A DNA stretch of 63,347 nt, counting the filler, from Reclinomonas americana ATCC 50394 (Eukaryota), in the NCBI GenBank assembly GCA_048213135.1. It is 8 parts of 5 records of this genome, joined end to end, with 100 filler letters (N's around TTAATTAATTAA, not from the genome) between each part and the next. Parts side by side here need not be neighbours in the genome. Positions count along the whole stretch, not along the records: positions 1 to 31,689 come from PS015428.1; 7 more parts are not named here. One strand, written 5' to 3'. The translations under genes and the position numbers were made by a program. The first letter of the stretch is position 1; each line of letters starts with the position of its first letter. The notes beneath the pieces were generated by a model. The model saw only the letters and a program-made list of their open reading frames with translations. It ran no database searches and had not been told where the DNA came from. Below, piece by piece: positions 1 through 12,300 of this stretch.

Positions 1-17
1 TGCAGAGAAGCACGTAC

Positions 18-186
18 GAATCGAGGGCTGAGGGTGGGGGAGAGACACTGATCACACACGCACGAGGATCAAGGGTTGAGGGCGAAGGAGAGACACTGAT
101 CCCACGCACACACCGATCAAGGGTTGAGGGTGGCTGATCACACGCAAACACACATACCAATGGAGATCTGAAGGGTTGAGGGTGTT
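18..186 (+). repeat. Degenerate ~47-bp tandem repeat (GATCAAGGGTTGAGGGTGG..AGAGACACTGATC), ~4 copies
   Basis: Repeated units visible directly; the same unit recurs at ~16005-16121. Confidence 0.75.
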
Positions 187-347
187 GATTCTGAGTAGAG
201 CAAACGCTTTCCGTCGTCTGCTGTTGTGTGACATGACATCCCCTCGCTGGCAACACGATCAATCTGTGGTGAAAAACGGCGGTGACATTCAATTCATTCC
301 CCACCACAATCAATTAACACAGCCCCTTTACAACACATAACACATAA

Positions 348-3300
348 TCAAGAATCGCCGTTTCTTGCAAACTCGTCACACACGGGATCCGGTCCATCCT
401 CTGGCGCGGCTGCCAGGTGGACTTGATCACCGCGCGCGGCTGCCACTGGTGCAGGGCGCAAATTATGGACATCGTGGCCCACGACGTGGTCAGCTACAAC
501 GGGGACTTGCAGGAGATGAGAAACACTTTGGCGAAAGACACGGAGGAACACAATGTATCACGCCACCTGCATCGACGACGGGTGCACCACCGCGATCGAC
601 GTCCGGCTCTTGCACGAGGTCGCCGTCGTCACGAGGACGCACAAATGTGACTGAGTTTGGCAACATGTAGTCGGATATGTGCAATCCGACTGCTGTAATG
701 TGTTTCGTCGGTAAGTGAAGGCATCAATCGCGCGGCAGAAGATGATATTCACATGCACGCACGTACACACACAGGTAAGCACACCCGCAAGCACACACGA
801 ATACACACACGCATCCATACACGCACTCACTCACTCAATCTCTCACTCAATCACTGCACTCACTCAATCACTCTCCCTCTGTCTCTGTCTCTCTCTCTCT
901 CTCTCATCCCCCACAAGCCCCCCCAAATCTATGCAACAACGCATTCTTGGCAGTCGATAGACCCTGCACACCCACCATTCTGCATCAGCGACTGCCTGGC
1001 CAGCGACACCGCCAACCGTGGACGTGGTTCAGCTTGAATGTTGATGCGCGGCATCGAGGCAGGGACACGTTCGTAGTGCTGCCCGATGCCGCGTTTGCCG
1101 AACTCCTCCTTGACTGGCGGCTTCCCCACGTCGAAAAGGTCACGCGCAAGATCATCGTCACCACCAGGACCATCGTTCCCTTCTCAAACCGCACATGAAA
1201 AGGCAGCGACAGACAGACGCGGCGCAAACACTATCGCACCTTCCTCCTGTGCGTGATCCTTCTGCTCTCGCTCGTCGTCATCTTGTTGCCCGATATCTCC
1301 TACAGGCTCCTCTGCCTGATCAGCTGCAGGCGGGAGAATAAACTCGATGGACGATGGCGATAGTTGCGGAGCGCGGGAGCCGTCGTCGGGATCAAAGTAT
1401 GCGCCGCGTCTGAACACTGGCGAATCGACGGCGTCGGGGATTCGCAGTGCATGCAACTCGAACACCGCAGGTGCACCATCTGTTAGGGATGGGGTGAGAG
1501 TACTTTGCGTAAGCGAGAGCATCATGACGAAAAACAGGAATACATCGACAGCTGGAAGACGTACCCTCGACAACTCCAGGGACGACAGCGGAGAGACGTG
1601 CATTCTGCTGACGAGCTTCCTTTCGACGCTGACAGTACGCCACCAACGACCGGACCATGGACAGGATCACCGGTCCGGTGAGGATAATGCCAATCACGGC
1701 CAGCACAGCGATGCTGGTAGAGACTTTGAAGGTCGAAGAGACGCGTGAGGCGAACAGGGTGGAAATGATGATGAGTCCGCCGAGACCAATCGCCTGGAGC
1801 ACAGTGAGAAGCGATGAGAACATGGAATGTCAAGCAGTTGTACGTCACCTCCAACACATTGTTGCGCATGTTCTCGTATGGAAGCACCGCCAGATGGATA
1901 AAAAGGAAGCCGATGCAGATGAGCCACAAGGCCAGCGGTAGTGCGTCAAGCATATTCGCGGCGGCCAGTGGAAACAGAACGGCGAGCAAAATGAGGCGGC
2001 GCGAGAGCTGGTAGGCTGCGACAAAAAGAGTCAGCATCGCAGTCGACTGGTGTGTAGAGTGCTTTGCTCTCTCTCTCTCTCTCTCNNNNNNNNNNNNNNN
2101 NNNNNAGAGAGAGAGAGAGAGGGAGTGTGGGAGGTTGAGAGAGAAAGAGAGGGGAGAGAGAGTGAGAGAGATAAGGGACGCTGAGAGAGTTCTGATACGT
2201 GTCTGCGAGACTGCGTTTTCACATGGAGACTGGGAGATACTGCAAGAGAGATGCGAAGGTTTAGTGCAAGAGCGTGTGTGTGCCTTAGAACTTGAGAGAT
2301 GGAGACGCAAGGCGATGGCAGTCAAAGAGCAAGAGGGACGTATGTGAGTTTTAGAGCGACAGAGTTCGTGTGTTGGAGAGGGCGTGTCCAGTGAGAGAGA
2401 AGGAGAAGGCTAGGGGAGAGAGAGAGAGAGAGTATTTGAGGTTCCTGGAGGAAGAGGATGCAGACAGCCAGTGATAGCTATTAAACAGATGGGATAGCGA
2501 ATCGCAAAGAGGGAGCATCACGCCTGCAGCCACAGTGACCACCTTTGCTGGCACCACATGCGGCTTTGCGAATGGCACAGGAGCGGCAGCTCATTTCAAA
2601 AAGTGCGAAGAGTCAGAGCTTGGAAGGCGCTATGTTACAGATATTCTAATGCTTCGTGCATAAGAAAGTGAATGCANNNNNNNNNNNNNNNNNNNNNNNN
2701 NNNNNNNNNNNNNNNNNNNNNNNNNNNNNNNNNNNNNNNNNNNNNNNNNNNNNNNNNNNNNNNNNNNNNNNNNNNNNNNNNNNNNNNNNNNNNNNNNNNN
2801 NNNNNNNNNNNNNNNNNNNNNNNNNNNNNNNNNNNNNNNNNNNNNNNNNNNNNNNNNNNNNNNNNNNNNNNNNNNNNNNNNNNNNNNNNNNNNNNNNNNN
2901 NTAGTGGAGGAACTGACGCTTGATTGTGAAGAGAACGGATAGTAAGAGAGAGCAGCGAATAGGTGCTAGGAAGCAATGGGTGACAGAGAACATCGAGCCA
3001 AGAAAGAAATAACCAAGGGACACTTCAACGGGTCAACCCACATGCGGAGGAGACACTTCTCAAGAAAAGCAATTCCGAAACGGTGTGCAGAATGTGACCG
3101 CTCGCCTGATCTGCATCGATTCAGAGACCACTACGTTCGAATGCTTCTCTGTTGCCTAAGCGCAGCCATCTCAGCTAAGAGTCAACTGTGTGCGCACTCA
3201 CCGAATTGCAGGCCGGACACTGCACGCGGAATAGAGTTCCATCAAGTGTGGACATGAACTGTTGGAACACGTCCACGGCACGGATCTGTACGACGCGCGG

Positions 3301-6300
3301 CTCGTATGGCGACGGGAAGCTGACGTTTCCACGTGTTGCGAGCGAGAGCGAGGCGGTGAACAGGGCTGCGAACGTGAATCCGAAGGCGATAAGAATAATA
3401 GTTGCAGAATTCATGACGACAAATTTTAGTCGTCTCATTCTCAGTTCCACCCACTCATTCTCTGGCTGTATTCCCACACTACCTCTGCCATTCACTCACA
3501 TCATTCCGTCACTCACTCACATACTCACTCCCTCAGTACCCATCAGTATATATCCTTGCTCTCCAACCCCTCCCTTCTGTTCTACTCGTCTTCCCTTGTT
3601 CCCTCATTCACTCCCATTATCTCTCTCTCTCTCTCGCACTTGTTCACACTCGCAATGCACTATACACACATACTCTTGATCACTTACACCCACACTCACT
3701 CACTCACTCACCCACCCACCCACCCACTAAGCCACTCACTCTCTCATGCACTTTCTTCCACTTTCTCTCTCTCTCTTTCTCACTCACTCTCTCACTTTTT
3801 CCCTCGCTTACTCCCTCCCTCGCTTCCTCCCTCCCTCACTCCCTCACTCACTCTCTCTCTCACTCCTTCCCTCACTCACTCCCTCCCTCCGTCCCTCCCT
3901 CACACACATTCTCTCTCGTTCTCCCTCCTTCCCACAATCCCGTCCTCTCATTCGTTCCCGTCTTTCCTCTTTCTCTCCGCTCCTTTCTTTACTCCCTCAT
4001 TCACGGCACGCACTGTCGACATGTCTCGTGCATTCAACTACTAAATCACTCACCCCTGCATTGACCGTTCCCATCTCCCTCTCTCGCTCTCTCTCTCTCT
4101 CTCTCCCTCCATCTTTCCCTTCCTCTTCCTCCCTCTTTCCCCATCTTCCCGCTCCCCTCCCCTTTCCCCTCTCGCTGTGCGCGCAACTGCTGCCCACATC
4201 CGAGGAATTGCGATTGGAGGCCAAGTTGCCGTCGATTGTCACAGAATGCGCTTCCATCCACGCCGACCAGCCACCCTTCGAGTGAATGGACTGATACAGC
4301 GGCATCAGCGCGGTGGGGTCACCGCCGCCGTTCCAAAAGAGCCCACCGCCCGAGCCTTCGCCAAGAAAGCGCGCCGAATCACTATTGCCTCGACCCGCAG
4401 CCGTATTGCCTGAGATGCTGACGTGGTCAAGCGTCACGGCGCGCGACGCAAAGAGTGTTGGATCGGTGCAATTGATGGCGAGACCGCCACCGCGAGCCCC
4501 ACATACATTGTCGGCGAAGGAGACGAATGAAAACGACGCCTTTGCCGTGTCAGCCACAGACGCACCGCCACCATCGCCGCGCGCGGCGACGTTGCTGACG
4601 AATCGAGTATTCAAGCAAATCACAGCGACCGAGCCACCGGCAAATAGTCCGCCGCCCACAGCTGCCGCCGTGTTGTTGTACACCAGCGAGCCAGACATGG
4701 TCAATTGTGGATTGTTGTCCGTGTACACGCCGCCACCATAATCTGCTCGATTCCCCTCCACCGTCGCTGCACTCATCGCCACTTGCGCAGTTTCAGTAGC
4801 TGACACTCCACCACCACCACCACCACCACCACCGTCGACTCGATTGGCGATCAAACGAGATCCAAGCAGCGTGGTGCGCGAGCTGCCACTTGCGTACACC
4901 GCACCTCCACGCAGCTGTGCACGACCACCACTGATTGTGCTTCTTGTGTCAGACCATGCACCCAGTCCCTGCGTGGTCACGTGTCCACCGGACGTGGCCG
5001 CCACGTTGCTCACGAACTGACTCCCTGCCGACGTGGCATTGGCCGACTGCGAGACGTACATGCCGCCGCCGGCCAGCGTGGCATTGTTGGCCGACATGCT
5101 ACAGCCAGAGAGACTGATCTGCGACAGTCCGTCCACATACACACCGCCACCGTCTGCCGCGGCCTGGTTGTTGCTGATGGAGGTGCTGGTCAGAGTGTGC
5201 TTGCTATTCTGGTCGACAAACATGCCACTGCCAAAGGGTGCCAAGTTGCCGACGACAAATGAATCGGACCACGAGGACGAGGACTGCAAGTCGGCAAACA
5301 GTCCACCACCAAAGTGGAGCGCCTGGTTGTTCCGCACGGCAGAGCCACCCACCACAGCGAGCGTGGCGGTGGCGGTGAGGTACAGACCGCCGCCATTCTG
5401 CATCGCCTGATTGCCGTCCACAATGGACTGCGATTGCATCTGCAAGTGCACTTGCTCGGCACGCACTGCCACACCGCCGCCGTACAATGCCGAGTTGCCG
5501 GAAATGATGGTGTTCGAAATCGTGGCGGTGGTGGCCACCTCGTTGAGCACCACACCGCCGCCATATCCAGAGGGCGACGTGTTGGCTGTCACCGAGGAGT
5601 CCACGATGGAGCAACCCTGTCCACTCATGGCCACGCCGCCACCTCCAGTGTCCAGAGCGATATTCTGCGTGACCCGAGTTCCAGATAGGAGTGACTGAGC
5701 TCCCACGAGCACGCCGCCGCCAGTCACTAACTGCCCAGACACTGAATTCCCCGAAACCACGCAGCCAGTGGCGGAGCTGGACGCGTCAAGCAAGAGCGCT
5801 CCACCTCCATGCGAGCGACCGGCGATGACGAGAGGGACGGACAATTGAACAGTGTTTCCAATCAACGTCGACGACGTGACATTGGCACCGTTGACTGCAA
5901 GCACAGCCCCACCACCGCAAAAGGAACCTGAGGAAAAGAGCACATTTCCGGCACCTGCATCCTCCACGTGGTTATTAATGAACTGGGAGCCGCTGACAAC
6001 AACTGCCGAGTTAACGAGAAGCAACGCGCCGCCACCGTTGTGGTCGCTGCCCTGCCCGTTGAGCGTGCTGTAGAGACCACCGGCGCCGTCACGAACAGAG
6101 CGATTGTCGCTGAAGGTGCATTCAGTGACGCTGAATGTACCCTGACAAGAAAACAAGAAGACAATGAGCTGCGTCCAAACGCACCATCGCGAGAATCACA
6201 AGCATAACTGTTGACGATGAGGGTGCTACGAGCATCGCCGCTCCTCCACCGCTGAAACCGCCAAATGAAGCACCAACGTTGTTGTTTACACCGCCCGCAC

Positions 6301-9300
6301 CGTTGTGAGATGATGTGTTGTTGAAAAACTGCGAATGGCTGAGGTTCTGCAACAACAAAGTAATCGGCATACAGCAGAGGATTGTAACATGTGACGGATC
6401 GAGGTACACACCAACACGGATGCAGAGTTGGGCTCGGAGTGTACCAACAGGGCGCCTCCTCCGGAGAATGTTGCTGAGCTACTTCCTGACGACGGATTCC
6501 CACTGCCACCGTTGCCTGCGGGAGGTGTGAGAACGACTACCAAAGGTAGAAGGTACACACCACGCAGGAAATCACCATTATTGCCGGCAATGTTATTCAA
6601 AAAGGTGCAGTTGTCAATCTGCTTATCGCGCTCGTGAGATTAACAGTTCCTGCATATTGCGGGGTCGACCAATGTGGAACACACCTCCAGTGTACCGGGT
6701 AGAGCAGCAAGGACAGCACCACCACCACTTACGGTACCCGTGGCATCTCCCCGCACTCCAGCAGCATTACCTGAAGCCGTATTAGAATCAAAGCCACAAG
6801 ATCGCACCACCATCTTCACCACAGTGTAAGTATCAAATCAAAAACTGACATATTTTCAAATGGCGATAGCAGTTCGAGTTACCTGACTCCTAACGTTTCC
6901 GAGCAACACAAGTAATGATCCACCTCCATTCCGAGTTCCAGATGAGTTTATCGACCCCTCACAATTCTGGCTAGCATCATTCGCGACAAAACGACAGCCC
7001 TCAATTGCCTACGTTGACCGATTCGGGTCAGTATTCAGTGACAGTAAGCACATTGGAGCAGTGTGAACAAAACAAACCGTACTGAAACCAAACCCAAACT
7101 CCGCTGCCGCGGAGACAAGAATGGCTCCACCGCCGCTGAGGTAACCCGCAGCATTTGCTGAATCCGGGTTGATCAGATAAAAAGCATAACACTCACGGTC
7201 GAGGAACCACTGCACATACCACCGATCCCATTGCCACTTGCGCTGTTCAATGTGAATTCACAGCCGCGAATGGTCTGTGACAATCTCAGCCAAGCGGCGA
7301 TTTAAAAATAACCCTCGCAATGACGTTCACAATCACGTACGACTGTCCGTGAACACAACGTACCTGCGATGCTGTGCTGCCACGGTCGAAGATGAGGATG
7401 ACACCACCACCATTGATAAAACTATTGCTGTCCGCACCCAGATTGCCAGAACCTTGCATTAACAAGCGGCGAATATCAGCCAGGAATGACAGTCACTTCA
7501 ACGGTCGCTGCTACTGCGACTCACCACCATTTCCATTATTGCTTGCAGCGTTCGACGTAAACGTACAGAGTTCAGTAATCTGCGTTAACTGGGTTACGCA
7601 GTTCAGTGAGCAAGCAGTGAGAAGAACACATTAGCATGACGGCGACAAGACTTCCTATCTTGCGGTTAATACGAACCACAACTGTGCCAGGATTAGTGCT
7701 GCTAATCAACAAAACTCCACCACCATTAGTGTTGCTGCTGCTATTTGCACTCCCGAGTGAAGATCCTGCATTTCATAATCACACGATGTTAAGTCAATTA
7801 ATCGGATGTGCTACAAGAGCGACAGGGAGATGGCAAGCGCACACGGACTACTCACCTCCGCCGTTCCCATTGCCACTTGCGCTATTTGCTGTGAATCTGC
7901 AGCCGAACATGGTCTACATCACATGCATAGTCAAGGCCAACAGAGAGATACGAGCGGAATAGCGTAGGTGAAAGTGACAACCACCATCACACAACACAGA
8001 GCGAGACGTACTCAAGCTAGCAGACAAACGCAAATAAGCATAGAAACCGTACCCGTGATGTCGAACCGGGACTATCGGCTGAGTACAGGACGACACCTCC
8101 GCCATTGGTGCTGCTACTGCTGATCGCACTCCCGTACACTGAGCCTGCACGGCAAATAATACACCGATCATGTCACCCACAAAACAACCGACAGCTCGTG
8201 CGCTGATGAACATACCACCGCCATTTCCATTAAAGTTTGCGCCATTAGATGTGAATGTGCAGTCTTGGAAATCCGAGAATGCCTGCCAGAATAAACAAGA
8301 GGTCAATACATCTTGTCAACACAGGGCCAGAGTACAATCGAATGCTACGTACACGACTTGAGCTGCTAAAAATATCGGCCCGAACGTTGATCAACATCAC
8401 GCCACCACCATTGGTACTGCTTCTGCAATCAGCAGTCCCACCGATACCATGCGCCGCTGCACACGAGGACGAATCGGCAAAGTCAATCACAGTGCACTCT
8501 GTGTCGCTTGCACATGAACGAGCGACCAATTAACGAACCGCCACCGTTCCCGTTGCTGTTTGCAACATTCGATACAAATATGCAACTGACAGCTGCCAGA
8601 TTCGACTGCAACAGCGTGCAGTCAGCAGTCTCGTGCAGAANNNNNNNNNNNNNNNNNNNNNNNNNNNNNNNNNNNNNNNNNNNNNNNNNNNNNNNNNNNN
8701 NNNNNNNNNNNNNNNNNNNNNNNNNNNNNNNNNNNNNNNNNNNNNNNNNNNNNNNNNNNNNNNNNNNNNNNNNNNNNNNNNNNNNNNNNNNNNNNNNNNN
8801 NNNNNNNNNNNNNNNNNNNNNNNNNNNNNNNNNNNNNNNNNNNNNNNNNNNNNNNNNNNNNNNNNNNNNNNNNNNNNNNNNNNNNNNNNNNNNNNNNNNN
8901 NNNNNNNNNNNNNNNNNNNNNNNNNNNNNNNNNNNNNNNNNNNNNNNNNNNNNNNNNNNNNNNNNNNNNNNNNNNNNNNNNNNNNNNNNNNNNNNNNNNN
9001 NNNNNNNNNNNNNNNNNNNNNNNNNNNNNNNNNNNNNNNNNNNNNNNNNNNNNNNNNNNNNNNNNNNNNNNNNNNNNNNNNNNNNNNNNNNNNNNNNNNN
9101 NNNNNNNNNNNNNNNNNNNNNNNNNNNNNNNNNNNNNNNNNNNNNNNNNNNNNNNNNNNNNNNNNNNNNNNNNNNNNNNNNNNNNNNNNNNNNNNNNNNN
9201 NNNNNNNNNNNNNNNNNNNNNNNNNNNNNNNNNNNNNNNNNNNNNNNNNNNNNNNNNNNNNNNNNNNNNNNNNNNNNNNNNNNNNNNNNACCTGGAAAAA

Positions 9301-12300
9301 GAAAATTCCAAAGCGGACATTGATGAGCGCGAAACCACCGCCATTCGTGTTGCTCTCGCTTACTGCTCAAAAAGAAGACACAAGTTAGTTGAATCTGCGT
9401 CCCATTGTATGGCAACAAAACCGGCGTTGGCTGTAGCAGTTCTGCGATACTCACCAGCACCGTTCCCATTGTTGTTAGCGGTATTCAATGCAATGGTACA
9501 ATTGCTAATAGTCTGCGACGACGATTACAAGCGCCGTCAGTCGACAAGAATGCTCACAGAGAAGATTCATGGTTCGAGAAGTGACAGACACCAAACGAGG
9601 GTCTGAGGAACACACCTGGAGGAGACCACTGCCTTGATAGATCAGCACGACACCCCCACCGTTCGTGTTACAAGAGATCGCTCCAGGCGAGACTGAAAAC
9701 CAACAGATCACCGCACGGTTGATGAGCCGCAAACACACACATACGCGCACACACCAAAGCACTCCACTTCTCACCGCCACCGTTTCCATTGTCATTTGCA
9801 GTGTTTGATGTGAATGTGCAGTTGCTGATGGTCTGTGAACGCAACACGCACATCGTCACAACAAGCTGTCGCTATCAACCACCGACGCAATCGACCCATA
9901 CCTGGACTGTACTTCCGTTACTGGAAGCATTTATCATCACGACGCCGCCACCGTTGGCAAAGTCGAGCACTGTCAATATAAATTCGCGAAAAGAAAACTC
10001 AACAACTATTCGGCAATAATCATGACTACGTGCCACTCACGGCCACTGACTCCGTTGCCATTTGCAGTGTTAAATGCAAACGTGCATCTGTTGAGAGTCT
10101 GCGCAAAACGCAAGAGGATTCAGTGAGAAATAATAGTCGCCTGCAGTCTCCAAACGCAAGGGAGCACACCTGATCGGTGGAACCGTAGATAAGCATTACA
10201 CCACCGCCGTTTGTGTTGCTGGTGCGCTCTACGCGCAGGAAAAACACACCCATCAAGTTGACCACCTTGTGCAGATCTGCAACTTATCACATTCATACAG
10301 CACAGCGGCTCACCTCCAATTCCGTTGCTGTTGGCGGTGTTCGAGGTGAATGTACAGTTGACGACGACCTGCGACGAAACTTGAGAAAGTTTAATTGTCG
10401 CAGCTTATTTGGCGGAACACACACCTGCGTGACTGATCCATAGAGAAGCATTGCACCACCACCATTGCTAAAGCCAGCTGTGTGTACAAACAAGCACATC
10501 AATCAAGGCAAACAAACGCCCAATCATTTACAAACCGTCAAACACAAACCACTTCCGTTGGCATTTGCAATGTTCGAGGTAAATGTACAGCTACTCATGG
10601 TCTGCAATATTCACAAAAATCTCAGTTATGCGTACACAGACGGTGACCCATTTGACATCGGCTGTCGCTAATAGTTGACACACGACAATACACTATGAGA
10701 AACATACCTGACTCACGGAACCGTACAAGAGCATGACACCACCACCGTTGGCGATATTAGTGTGAACTGCTCCGCATCAAGTGAGTTAGTGAGTTGACAA
10801 CGACCGACAACACCAAGGTGCACATCGAGCACTCTGCTACCAACCGTTGGAAACACCATTGCCGCTTGCTATGTTCGACGAGAATAAGCAGTTGCTGACG
10901 GCCTGCGGAATAATGAGCGATTCAATCCAGAGGTAAATCTTTGTCGGAGAGAAGCGTACAACTTAAAAAACATACCTGCACCACAGCAACACGGTTACCG
11001 AAGACTAGCATCACGCCACCGCCATTTGTCTTTCCATCCTCTCCGACAGCGTCTCCAAGGGAGGACACTGAGCGCAGTTGAGTCGCATCGATTAGGGACA
11101 ACACCACAACGATCGCTCACTCATGTGACGACAGAAAGAGCATGCCAGCATGCGCGTCTTCACTTACCGACGCTACGCCCATTGCTGTCGGCAGTGTTAC
11201 CAACGAACGTACAGTTGCTAGTGGTCTGCGACAACTGCAATCACTGCGGTGAGGAGGTAACTGCTGCAATAACGAGCACACTCTCTGCGCGACGATTTTC
11301 TGGGAACGCACCTTTTCACCACCTTGGTTAAAATTGATTAACATGACGCCGCCACCATTTGCAGAGCTGACTCTCACTGCCAACAACAGCCATAGCAGAT
11401 CTCAAACGCCGTACTCCACCGCAGCAAGCCCCCCCAGGCGAAATGGCACACACCTCCATTTCCATTGCTTTCAGCACTGTTCAACGTGAACGCGCAGCTG
11501 GTGATGGTCTTCACAATCAAGTGCGCTATATGTGTCAATGACATGCTCGTAGCGAAAGATGGAGGCAATGCCTTTCTGTACAGACAAAACACACACCTGC
11601 TCGACATTAAAACCACCATCGATAGTGATCAGCATGACACCACCGCCACTCGACAGGGAATACACACCTGTACACAAACACATTGACAAAATGCCTCACC
11701 AGCAAAGTTCCACACCCACGTCAACTACGCTGTGCTTCTCACCACCGCTATTTCCGTTGCTGTTGGCAGAGTTTGAGGAAAATGTGCAATTGCTGATGGT
11801 CTGCGACAGCTGTGATGGCATCACGTTATTCAAGCGATGAGCGCAATCACAACGATGATCAAAACACACCTTGCTGGCGCTCGCGAACAAAAGAACGCCA
11901 CCGCCAGCACCAATAGCTCTCGTGCTCCCTGATCCTCCTCCGTTTGCGTTGTGATCAGCGTGGTTGAATAAAAACGTCGATCCAGTGATCTGCTAGAGCA
12001 AAAGCCTCTAGTATTAACCCCATCCGGAAACACGATCGCAACAGCTCGTAGAGATCTAGAACTCACGGTCTGCGTTGCCGATTTCGACACGTCGTTGTAA
12101 GACGACCAAATAACGCCTCCGCCGACGCGTATACCGCCACCAACATTTGCATTTTCCGACGCTGTGTTATTGAGAAACCAGCTGTCCAAGATCTGTCATC
12201 CGTGGGTAGCAGGTGAGCGGGCAGAAATTTATCAGCTCGGCACCATCTCGATGTTCACAAAACCTCAAGCGTACTTGCTCCAGACGTCCAAACAACCCCA

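Noticed and set aside
3556..4285. + strand ORFs in CT/CACT repeats
   Set aside because: Microsatellite-filled intron of the - strand gene.
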